This document shows positions 11,690 to 22,657 of a DNA stretch of 45,196 bases, one piece after another; position 1 is the first letter of the stretch, and each line of letters starts with the position of its first letter. The stretch comes from Octopus bimaculoides (lineage: Eukaryota). The notes beneath the pieces are model-generated. The model searched no databases. It was not told the origin of the DNA and saw nothing but the letters and a program-made list of their open reading frames with translations. The stretch lies in the NCBI RefSeq assembly GCF_001194135.2, contig NC_068989.1:86044964-86090159 (forward strand), read 5' to 3'. The position numbers were made by a program, and so were the translations under genes.

Positions 11690-12110
11690 TGGGCTATTTC
11701 AGGGAAGTACTGCCTGTAGGGTCTATTTTGGTGAGAGTACAAACAGGAGCTGTTTTGGTAATGATACTGCTTGTAGGAACTATTTTGGTGTAGGAGCTGT
11801 TTTGTTGAGAATACAAACTGCAGGGGTTGTTTGGACGACAGTACAGCCTGCAGGGGCCGTTTGGGCGACAGCACTGCCTGCAGGGGATGTTTGGGCAACA
11901 ACACTGCCTGCAGGGGCTGTTTGGGTGACAGTACTGTCTGCAGGGGCCGTTTGGGTGACAGTACTGCCTGCAGGGGCCGTTTGGGCAATAGTGCTGTTAG
12001 TAGGAACTATTTCAGTAAATAGCTCTGCCTGTAGGGGTTGTTTTGGCAACAGTATTGCTTGTAGATGTTGATGCGATGACTATTATTTGTAGGGGTGTTT
12101 GGTAATGGCA
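11690..12110. repeat. 30-bp minisatellite (ACTGCCTGCAGGGGCCGTTTGGGTGACAGT)
   Basis: Homogeneous core ~11815-11990 with degenerate flanks; gives periodic ORFs in four overlapping frames. Confidence 0.9.
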
Positions 12111-12492
12111 TAAATTAGAATATGTTCTGGTGACAGTAGGGAATGTGTAGGCCTGCATTAAACAATGAAGTTAAATAAACACTCCAGAAGAAGGGTCAGT
12201 GCACTCCAAGGGTCATGCATATCAGTAAGTTATAGAAAGGCCTTTAATGCAAAAATGAAGGTGGTTAAAATCACCTAGGTTATTGAATTGGCCAAATTTC
12301 AAGAAAACAAAAGCAAGCACAAGTCAGTAGTTAACATTAGAACATGCTAGGAAGGCAGAGCTGATGACTGGTTGAAGTCCCAGGATCTCCTCTACCTTCA
12401 TGTTAATACAGAATGAGGTAGTAACCCCATGAATTCCTTCCTTCCTACAAACAAAATAGAATTTATCCTCCCTGATTGATTATTATTATGTT

Positions 12493-12537
<45 letters not shown>

Positions 12538-12662
12538 NNNNNNNNNNATGATACAAAAAAGGGACATTCGAAACTTCGAATGACTTGCTCGTGTTTTTTC
12601 TTGTCCCTCTTTTGTCTCATCTGTCTGGATGTTTTGCGTTCTAGTCCCATTTTTTTGTATTC

Positions 12663-12721
<59 letters not shown>

Positions 12722-13334
12722 TACATATATATATATACATACATACATACATACATATATACATACATACATATACACATCATGTAGTGTGCATGCCTCT
12801 GTGTGTGTGTACATGTGTTTTAGGGAGTTACATGGACTCCTACCATCTAAATTATGTACAAATTAAATCATCTGTTCAATTGATTGGTAAATGTATGAAT
12901 GTTACAACTTCACATTTTTGCTACTCATAAGACACACAAAACCAAAGTCATCTCTCCCTAGAATTTCACACATTTCATCAGACCATCCAATTTTCCCAAA
13001 GCCACACACTTTTTCTCTCTAAATACCACACCAAACACCACAAGCTGCCAGCCCTCTCTTCTAGGGACAATTACCACCATCAACGAACTAACAAGGGACC
13101 CTGTACAGGATTGCTCAGCTTGCTAGAAGTAGCAAGCAAATCGCCATCACACATCCTAGATCCTTACTCCCCCACCCCTCAAAAAGAACACTGTATGATG
13201 AAATTAGACTTAGACAACCTTAAAAAACAGGTTGGCCATAGTTGGACTGCCTCTGATCATAGTTCTGTATATGGAGAGTTGACTTGGAGTCTAAATAACA
13301 AGCTAAATACAAGACTATGGGAGCTTTTTGGCAA

Positions 13335-13845
13335 CAATGATGGATCTCCTGGAAGCTGTTCAGAAACCTGCAACCAAATGAATACCCGCTTTCAGGCATC
13401 TGCCATACCCCTGAATGTCTTGTGTTTTGGGCCATGGACACATTAAAGCTCCAACATCTGGCAACTGAGTTGGTGGACACTCACGAGGTTGCCCACTAAA
13501 TTTACCAACAACATCCTTGGGGCAACTTTTTGAATTCTATAATGTCTAACACTTTTGGAGTTGTTTGGAAATTCAAAAAAACAACATAGCACTCATGAAT
13601 TCCAGAAACATTTTTTCATGCTCAGAGTTGCTGAAGCATGGAATAAACTACCCGCATCAGTTGTTAGCTGCTGTCAGGACACTACATCTTCCAAAATTTC
13701 CTGGCTTCCTGAAATTGTCCTCACCCCCCCCTTTTTTTGTAAGCAACTCATTCACTGTTCACTATTCTACATACTGTTCCTGCAGTTTTGGATACTTTTC
13801 CAGATGAGTTGCAGTGCACTCGAGCACCATGCAATGAGTGCATTA
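13335..13845 (+). mobile_element. CR1/L2-type LINE 3' fragment
   Basis: DLLEAVQKPATK*IPAFRHLPY...MDTLKL and KQHSTHEFQKHFFMLRVAEAWNKLPASVVS match the CR1 ORF2 C-terminal signature (LE.VQ.RAT...F..RV...WN.LP). Confidence 0.8.
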
Positions 13846-13855
13846 TATATACATT

Positions 13856-14250
13856 AGGTGCAGGAGTGGCTGTGTGGTAAGAAGCTTGCTTCCCAACTAC
13901 ATGGNNNNNNNNNNNNNNNNNNNNNNNNNNNNNNNNNNNNNNNNNNNNNNNNNNNNNNNNNNNNNNNNNNNNNNNNNNNNNNNNNNNNNNNNNNNNNNNN
14001 NNNNAGTCACATGGTACTGGCAACAGCCACGCTCAAAAAGGTGTTTTTTACGTGTCACCTGCATGGTGCCTGTGTTTTTTCCCCTGCCATTGCTTTACAA
14101 CCGATATCAGTGTGTTTATGTCCCAGTAACTTAGCGGTTCGGCAAAAGAAACCGATAGAATAAGTACTAGGCTTACAAAGAATAAGTCCTGGAGGTCAAT
14201 TTGTTCAATTGAAGGCAGTGCCCCAGGTTGGCCGCAGTCAAATGACTAGA
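13856..14250 (+). mobile_element. SINE family B copy spanning a gap, with a family C segment after the gap
   Basis: Head GGTGCAGGAGTGGCTGTGTGGTAAG; tail GAATAAGTCCTGG...GGCCGCAGTCAAATGACT. Confidence 0.75.
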
Positions 14251-14941
14251 AGAATATCCCCATATTTAGAGGCAGCTGATTTGCCAGTACAGAAAGGTGA
14301 AGAAAGATAATCTAAACCAAAAAAAAAGTGTAAAAGAAAAAAAAAGTCATGGCTATCACACACACACACAAATTTTTTTGAAGGATGAATCAAAGCTGAA
14401 AGCCTTCTTCATGCAAGCTTTTTATGGACACACTGACACACAATAACCTCCATTTGAAAAGACACACACACACATATATACACATCATGCATTGTATATA
14501 GGTGTGTATCTTTATATGAGTTACCTACATGTGTGTGTATTATATATATGCACAAGTGTCTGGATGTATTTATGAGTATATGTGTGTAGGTATGTGCGTC
14601 TTAAATGTTTCCATGCACACACACACACACACACATACTCATTCTCTTATGTATATATATATATATCTATATATAGTATGTGTGTGTGTGTGTGTGTGAA
14701 TTTATTGACTGGCAGAAGGAGGACATAAGGAATACAAATAAAACCAAACAAAACACACACAGTGTGCACTAACAAGTTGAACACCTACGCGTGCATTTCT
14801 TCGCACTTGTCATTCTCCGTCTATGTCTCTCCTGTAGAGAGAGAGTGGAAGAAAAAAATATATATAGAAACAGATAGATAGATAGATAGATAGATACAGT
14901 CAGACAGATACAAATAGAGAAAATATATATATATATATATA

Positions 14942-15370
14942 TAGGGTGCGATGGGTAAATTGTCCCCATGCCTGTGCATTGTTTGTTTTTGATTTTGTTG
15001 ACTACACAGTATAGTAAGGTTAGCTGGGCACCGTTTGTGAGAAAAATGGCACCATGACACAATTCTTTCTGCCAGAAATTTGGAATGACAAGCTGGACTA
15101 CTTGGCATTCATGCAGGATGCTTCAATATGAACATTTCAGAGCGTTTGGGTGTCAATCTGAGGACATGTACTGAGAGTGATAAAAATCAAATCCATTCAA
15201 CATCATGATATTTGGAGCGACCACTAGTGATGGCGATGTTATGCCTCCATTCATCTTCTCACATGGCCTCACACTCAACACAGAGGCCTACATCAAGTGC
15301 CTGGAGGAAGTTGTGCTGCCCTGGGTCAAGAGGATGGCTGCTGGAACACCCTATGTCAAGCAACAGGACT
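14942..15370 (+). mobile_element. Internally deleted Tc1/mariner-superfamily (probably maT/DD37D) transposon; 3' end lost in gap
   Basis: TIR-like TAGGGTGCGATGGGTAAATTGTC after (TA)n. N-terminal LLGIHAGCFNMNISERLGVNLRT is fused near 15167 to the catalytic region MIFGATTSDGDVMPPFIF...YIKCLEEVVLPWVKRMAAGTPYVKQQD. Subfamily is inference. Confidence 0.8.
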
Positions 15371-15900
15371 NNNNNNNNNNNNNNNNNNNNNNNNNNNNNN
15401 NNNNNNNNNNNNNNNNNNNNNNNNNNNNNNNNNNNNNNNNNNNNNNNNNNNNNNNNNNNNNNNNNNNNNNNNNNNNNNNNNNNNNNNNNNNNNNNNNNNN
15501 NNNNNNNNNNNNNNNNNNNNNNNNNNNNNNNNNNNNNNNNNNNNNNNNNNNNNNNNNNNNNNNNNNNNNNNNNNNNNNNNNNNNNNNNNNNNNNNNNNNN
15601 NNNNNNNNNNNNNNNNNNNNNNNNNNNNNNNNNNNNNNNNNNNNNNNNNNNNNNNNNNNNNNNNNNNNNNNNNNNNNNNNNNNNNNNNNNNNNNNNNNNN
15701 NNNNNNNNNNNNNNNNNNNNNNNNNNNNNNNNNNNNNNNNNNNNNNNNNNNNNNNNNNNNNNNNNNNNNNNNNNNNNNNNNNNNNNNNNNNNNNNNNNNN
15801 NNNNNNNNNNNNNNNNATATATATATATATATATAATAGATAGATAGTTGAATATACATAGATATAGACAGAGGCATGTGTTGTGTGTGTGCATACATTT

Positions 15901-16140
15901 CATCATCATCGTCGTCGTTTAACGTCCGCTTTCCATGCTAGCATGGGTTGGACAATTTGACTGAGGACTGGTGAAACCGGATGGCAACACCAGGCTCCAA
16001 TCCAATTTGGCAGAGTTTCTACAGCTGGATGCCCTTCCTAACGCCAACCACTCAGAGTGTAGTGGGTGCTTTTACGTGTCACCCGCACGAAAACGGCCAC
16101 ACTTGAAATGGTGTTTTTTATGTGCCACCCGCACAAGAAC
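15901..16140 (-). mobile_element. SINE family C with RTE-type (GAT)n tail
   Basis: Reverse complement ends ...CATGGAAAGCGGACGTTAAACGACGACGATGATGATG. Other copies: ~20599-20820, ~21458-21597, ~22795-22950, ~24380-24620 (-), ~26035-26183 (+). Confidence 0.85.
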
Positions 16141-16280
16141 CGGGTTACAGGAATATGTCATTGAGACATGTTTTATAGCGGGATGCTCTGTCATCAACCC
16201 TTATTTGCTGGTCAAGTAAATGATCTGAAACCCATGTGGTTGGAAAGTGGACAACACAGTCATATATGCATGCATATATA

Positions 16281-16612
16281 TTAGAAGCACTTGATTCAGT
16301 CCCACTCTGTGGAACCTTGGGCAAGTGTCTTCTATAGCCTCAGGCCAATTGAGGCCTTGTGAGGGGATTTGCTACATGGAAACTGAAAGAAGCCGATTGT
16401 ATACATACATATATATATCCGTGTGTGTCATCGTGTTTGTACCCCACCAGTACTTGACAACTGGATTTGGTGTGTTTATTCCCCCGTAACTTAGCAGTTT
16501 GGCAAAGGAGATCGATAGAATAAGTACAAGGTTTAAAAACAAAATATAAATACTGGGGTTGATGCAATTGACTAATAATTCAAGGCCGTGCTCCAGCATT
16601 GCCAATCTAATG
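16281..16612 (+). mobile_element. SINE family B (diverged)
   Basis: TTCAGTCCCACT..CCTTGGGCAAGTGTCTT core and GGAAACTGAAAGAAGCC. Further partial copies: ~10820-10980, ~17870-18220, ~20840-21000, ~22950-23160, ~23690-24060, ~24590-24780, ~42470-42630, ~42960-43170 (-), ~21200-21450 (+). Confidence 0.8.
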
Positions 16613-16719
16613 AAGAAAATGTTGACAGCTACTTCCAAGTTTTAATTATGCACTATCTCTCAGACAGTCCATAGCACTGAAATTTTGAACGAAGTGCCAA
16701 CCTTTTGCCTCGTGAAATA

Positions 16720-16927
16720 CTGTAATCCCTTTCCATATCATGGTTTATTATTTAAGCTTATGTCAATTCCTCTGTGGTGTTGTTTTGCATTTATAATAAA
16801 AAAATATATACAAATTACAAAGATAAAGAAAAAATATATACAGTACAGTACTGTTTCCGCTTCACGGATTTTCACCTATTTCGGGGGATTTTGGAAAGTA
16901 ACACCCGTGATAGTCGAGGGATTACTG
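16720..16927. mobile_element. Tigger/pogo-like MITE
   Basis: TA|CTGTAATCCCTTTCCATATCATGG ... CCCGTGATAGTCGAGGGATTACTG|TA: imperfect TIRs with a TA duplication. Confidence 0.6.
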
Positions 16928-17043
16928 TAGAATAATATAAGTATGGTACTCAAAGGTATTGAGTGATCCTTCAGTTTACTAGGGTTTGTTTTTATACATA
17001 AACACAAACATTAACACATCTATATCTATATATATTTATATAC

Positions 17044-17083
<40 letters not shown>

Positions 17084-18728
17084 TGAAAGAAAGAGTAGAA
17101 AGGAGAAATATGAAACGGACATAGAAGTGAGGAAGACTAACAGACATTTTACAGGGGGACTGCATCCAAGGAGTGACTAGTTGCACATCTAAACAGCTAA
17201 CGCAATTATGGTTGCGACTACATTGAAAGCAGACAGGGGGAGTGCACTGAAGTGAAGAGTGTACAACAAGAGAGAGACATGGATGAATATACGAATGTAT
17301 GAATGGAGGAACGGCTGTACAAACAGGTGAATGAATGATTCCAGTGATGTCTGAAGGAAAGATACAGGATGTTTGTTCAAAAGAAGACACTGAATTAGCG
17401 GGAAATACTAATTAAATTAATCCTTGATCCCCTTCCAAACTAGCCCATTCAACTCTATTACATAATTTGTTTTTAAGTATATATATATATTTTTTTTATA
17501 TACTTATACCTCAGTACTACGGACCTCCCATTAACGGATTTCGGAAGCAGTGGACAAAATCACGGCATATCAACAACACCTCTTCACCATCCATTGTATA
17601 TCTGATTTCAAATTAAAAATGAACTTCCTGTATTATAAATGTATATTTATAGAGTACAGGCATTTTACATTGTCAGATTGGATAGTGTGCTTGATTAAAA
17701 GTACAGTACTCTATTTATTCCTCTGTCTTTCATAATGCAATTGTTGATATTAGCCACTCCTAGCGTAACCTAACCTTAGTGTTGGTACCTGCGGACAATC
17801 GGCTTCATTGAACCAATGTTCCGCGTTTTTAGTCTGTAGCACTGAGGAAGGAGTGTATTTTACTTGTTTCAATCATTAGACTGCAGCCATGCTGGAGCAT
17901 TACCTCGAAGGGTTTTAGACAAACAAATCAACCCCAGGACTTATTTTTTTTAGACCTGGTACTTATCCTATTGGTTTCATTTCCTGAACTGCTAAGTTCC
18001 GAGGACGTAACACTGGCTGCCATGCGGTGGTGGGAGACAAACACTAAAACAGATATATACATAAAGGATGGGCTTCTTTCAGTTTCCATCAACCAAATCC
18101 ACTCACAAGGATTTGGTCAGCCTGAGGCTATAGTAGAAGACACTTGCCTAAGGTGCCATGCAGAAGGATTGAACTTAAAACCATGTAGTTGCAAAGTGAA
18201 CTCTAAACCACACGCAAATACACAGATTCTGTAACCCATATTCTAGTAACGCTATGAAACTCATCTCACAGAAAGGAGTAAGACAGTAACCCCACAAACA
18301 GTGTAATGTATTAGAGTTGGTAGTAGTGGTGTTGGGAGTGGGGTGGAGTGAAGGTAAGGTTTATTTCAATGCTTCTCAACCATTCTTTACCTAGGGACCC
18401 TTTTGATTTTCCTAGGCACCATAAATATTCAATGTTTAAAAAAAAATCCCATTATATATTTAAAATATTATTAGAAATTGTATAAAAAAAAATTATCAAA
18501 ATATTTTGTGTACAGCAATAGTATAACCAATTTATTGCAAGAAAATTTTATATGGACCCCAGTCAAGGATCACTGGTTTATTTTATAAAACTGATGACCC
18601 AGTTAGGATACCACAGACAACAGCTACAGCCCTGCATAAATATCACAAAATGGGATCAGTTAGGGAATGGAATATGGTAAACAGAACAAGATGGTCAATA
18701 AATAGTAAGCAAATAGTCCTTAATTTAC

Positions 18729-18815
18729 CTGGACTTTGGGATCAGAACCTGCCTTAATGAGGAGTTCAAGACACATACCACCATGGGTTGATGCAGCAGC
18801 GTAGTGTAAAGGAGT
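18729..18815 (-). CDS. ANKRD28: Coding exon F (87 nt, 0-0): TPLHYAAASTHGGMCLELLIKAGSDPKVQ
   Basis: Acceptor TTGTCTTGCAG|ACT, donor CAG|GTAAAT; AAASTHG motif. Not in the ORF track. Confidence 0.95.
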
Positions 18816-19436
18816 CTGCAAGACAAGATGGTTTGGGATTATATATATAGCAGGTAGAATAGAATAAATTATGAACTGGTAATTGAAGGCATCAAATCTT
18901 TTATAGCATATTCATACAGAGGAGAGAATAAAATACATCAATATAGCAGGTAACCAAATATAATCCAGAGAGTGAAAGGTCATAGTGATTTAGAGCAGAT
19001 GGGTACAAATCCAGGAAAATAATTTGAGAGGCCCTTCATGTTGACTCAACTTGAAAAGGTAAGTAAAATCCAGAGGATCACTGGTGAGAATTTTGTAAGT
19101 GTTGAATAGCAAAGTGTAGACAGTTCTTTACAGCTGTTTCTGGAGTTGGTATATAATAAAAGCACTTCTGTGCATTTTACCTACATAAATACAACGTAGA
19201 TGGGTGCAATTTATATTATATGAAACAGCACAGTATAAGTGACATGAGTGACTCAGCCCATCATCAAAAGATAAATGGAATTAGCAGTTTTCGCAGCTCA
19301 GTGCGTGTGTGTTTTACAGGGTCAAGTGCCAAAAATACAAAGAGAGACAAAACTTACAAAGGTTAACAAGGCCTGAAAATTTTCAGTTGATAGATCAATG
19401 TTTGTGAGTGGATGTTTTTGTATGTGGGTGAGAGTG

Positions 19437-19470
<34 letters not shown>

Positions 19471-19917
19471 ACAAAGTTGACAAATCTAGAAAATAGAAAT
19501 TGATGTAATGTGCGTGAGTGTGTGCACATGAAATGAATATGCATGTGTGCAAGAGCGTATGTATGCGTAAATGAATGAGTGCATGAAAGTGTGTGGATAT
19601 GTGCGTGTGTATACATGCAAGTGGGTATGTGTAAGTATGCAAGAGAAACTGTGTGCATGTAGGCGAAAATGTATGTATTCATGTGTACAAGTACACATTT
19701 GCAACCAGTGTGAATGTGTGTGTATGTGTGTGTAAGTAATAATGTGTACTGTAAATAAGTTGAAAATAAATGAAAAAAACCCCCAAAACATCAACAATAA
19801 CAATAAAAAAAAATGAATTAAAGTTTAGAGTTTGAACAAGATATTCTGAAGATGCCAGAACAGGAGAAAGAGTAGTAGGCGGAGGAGATGGTGGTGGAGG
19901 TGTTGACTAGTACTCAC

Positions 19918-20121
19918 CATGCCTCTGTGGTTCACAGAATTGATGTTTGCATTGTAGAGAATCAACTCTCGTACCGCCAGATCCTTGCCATTGAGAGAGG
20001 CGACATGAAGCGGAGTATTGCCATAGACATTCACAGCATCTACCTCTACACCCAATTCCAAGAGCAACTTGACGACATTTTCCTGCCCATTTGCACAGCT
20101 CGTGTGGAGTGGAGTGTACAT
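19918..20121 (-). CDS. ANKRD28: Coding exon E (204 nt, 0-0): MYTPLHTSCANGQENVVKLLLELG...NANINSVNHRGM
   Basis: Acceptor GTGTTTCAG|ATG after a TC tract, donor ATG|GTGAGT; two ankyrin repeats. Confidence 0.96.
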
Positions 20122-20132
20122 CTGAAACACCG

Positions 20133-20165
<33 letters not shown>

Positions 20166-20271
20166 CAGCATAAATTATAAAAAATAGACACTTTTGATGG
20201 CAGAACATTTACGGTGAAGGTAGAAATCTTTCTTTATTACATACCTTATAATAAACATTATCATTTAAAGC

Positions 20272-20509
20272 AGTGGTTCCCAAACTTTTTCAGGCTGCGG
20301 CCCCCTTGGCACCCAGGCCACATCCCTAACGCCCCCACCCTCACCCTCCCCACCTCAAATATAGACCACTTTCTGCAGCAAATTTAAAACAACTGTATTT
20401 CACAAGCAAAACTTAAACCTAATTAAAGTATTAATATTTATTTTTACATCTATCACCCCATTTTGGCCACTCCACTATCATCCCACTTTTCTTCACCCCC
20501 CCCCCCCCC
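20272..20509. mobile_element. hAT-like element left end, truncated by gap
   Basis: Begins CAGTGGTTCCCAAACTT, a typical hAT/Charlie terminus. Confidence 0.5.
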
Positions 20510-21634
20510 NNNNNNNNNNNNNNNNNNNNNNNNNNNNNNNNNNNNNNNNNNNNNNNNNNNNNNNNNNNNNNNNNNNNNNNNNNNNNNNNNNNNNNNNNNC
20601 ATTCAACGTGTTCATCCTTTAATGTCCACTTTCCATGCTGGCATGGGTTGGATGGTTTGACTGTAACTGGTAAGCCAGAGAAGTGCACCAAGTTCCAGTC
20701 TGATTTGGCATGATTTCTACAACTGGATGCCCTTCCTAATGCCAACCACTTCATAAGCGTAAGGGGGGGCTTTTTACATGTCATTGGCATGAGTGCCATT
20801 TACATGACACTTGCAATGGCCACAACTAATACACACACACCCACCACAGGCTTTTCTTTCAGTTTCTGTCTACCAAATCCAGTCTCAAAGCTTCGTTGGT
20901 TCAAGGCGATAATAGAAGCCACTTGCCTAAGATTCCACATAGTGGGATTGAAACCTAGACCTCCTGACTGCAAAATGAACTTCTTAACCATTTGGCCATA
21001 CTGCACCTACTAAGTAATAGCAAAGATCTTCTAAAGCATTAAACTATATTTTCTGAAGATTTGTGGCATTCTACTTAAAAGCCATTAGTCTATATGGAAA
21101 CTTGATTCACTAGAAATATCACCAAATATTCCTCCTTTAATATTCAGCCATTTTATTTAAAAAAAAAAGAAAAAAGAAAAAAAAAAAGAGACATGTAGAG
21201 TGTGAGGTTAAGAAGCTTATTTTGCAACCATGTAGTTTCAGGTTCAGTTCCACTGCATGGCACCTTAGGCAAGTGTCTACTATAGCCCCAAGCCAAATAA
21301 TGCCTTGTTAGTGGCTTTGCTAGAGGGAAACTGTGTGGAAGCCTATCATGTGTGAGTAAGCTTGTCCCCACCATCCTACCACTTTACAACAGATGTTGGT
21401 TTATTTACATCACTGTAACTTAGCAGTTCAGCAAAAGCAACTGATAGAATATATATCATCATCATTTAATGTCCATTTTCCATGCTGGTATGGGTTGGAC
21501 GGTTTGACTGAAAACTAGTAAGCTGAGGATTTGCACCAGGTTCCAATCTGATTTGGCACGCTTTCTACAGCTGGATGTCCTTCCTAACACCAGACTCATA
21601 AAATAAGGACTGGGGTCAATTTGTTCAACTAAAT

Positions 21635-21995
21635 CAGGGGTTCTCAACCACTTTTTTTTTTCATCTATGGGCCCCTTTGATTACTATTTTATTCAGGTGG
21701 ACCCCCATTGCCATTTGAGGTTTAAAAACTAGTTTTTTTTTAGAAACTTCTTTCAAAATTCCTATTTTGTTTTTCACACATTAACCTGTGTAGGTTGAAT
21801 TATGTAAAATGTTAGAGAAAGAATCCTAGCTGTTTCTTGCAATACATACCAATACATACATCTAAAACAAAATATTTTCAGGGGACCCTTTCAAATTCTA
21901 TTGTGGATCCTTAGTTTACTATTATGCTATGTGAACCCCTCCAAAATCTTATATGGACCTTCAAGGGCCATATGGCTCCCGGTTGAGAACCACTG
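21635..21995. mobile_element. hAT MITE with 15-bp TIRs and 8-bp TSD, inserted in a family B SINE tail
   Basis: CAGGGGTTCTCAACC...GGTTGAGAACCACTG; flanks AACTAAAT / AACTAAAC (7/8 match). The SINE sequence resumes across the insertion. Confidence 0.9.
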
Positions 21996-22266
21996 AACTA
22001 AACTTTTCAAGGCAGTGCCTTAGCATGGCTGCAATCCAATGACAGAAGCAAGTAGAAGATAAAAGATAATGTTTGGAACATTTCTGATTGCAGGCCTGCT
22101 TGATATCAAGGTTGATCTGGAGCCATAAAATATGCTGAAATTCTTCACAATCATTCGTCATTGGATTCTGTTAATATGACAGACATAAGCCAGACTGACT
22201 GCTTTATGCAACTAAATATATTTGAGAATTCTTATTAATGAGATTATAATCTTGTTAAAAGGCTGT

Positions 22267-22657
22267 TTTAAGTAAATCCTAAGCTAAGCTCTGACCTTAA
22301 TCCATCACTTTAGTCTTGATTGATTCACCAGACAACTGCCAGTATTTAATTGCTGAATGTCATAGCAACAGACAGATGAAATCAATCTTCACCTGGATAG
22401 TTAGGTAGTCTATCAAAGTGTGTCTCCTCCAGAAAAGCGTAGTAAGCAATTCCGTACTATTTAAGTAAATCCTAAGCGAAGCTCTGACCTTAATCCATCA
22501 CTTTAGTCTTGGTTGATTCACCAAATAACTGCCAGTATTCAATTGCTGAATGTCATAGCAACAGACAGATAGATGAGACCAATCTTCACCTGGATAGTTA
22601 GCCAGTCTATCAAAGTGTGTCTTCTCTAGAAAAGCCAAGTAAGTGATTCCTTACTAC
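22267..22657. repeat. Direct tandem duplication, ~193-bp unit x2
   Basis: TTTAAGTAAATCCTAAGC...TCCGTACTA at 22267 is repeated at 22460 with scattered substitutions and a small GATA indel. Confidence 0.9.

Noticed and set aside
17142-17350. Longer version of the Cys-rich exon using the upstream acceptor at 17351
   Set aside because: 209 nt and starts in phase 1, incompatible with the phase 0 donor of exon F.
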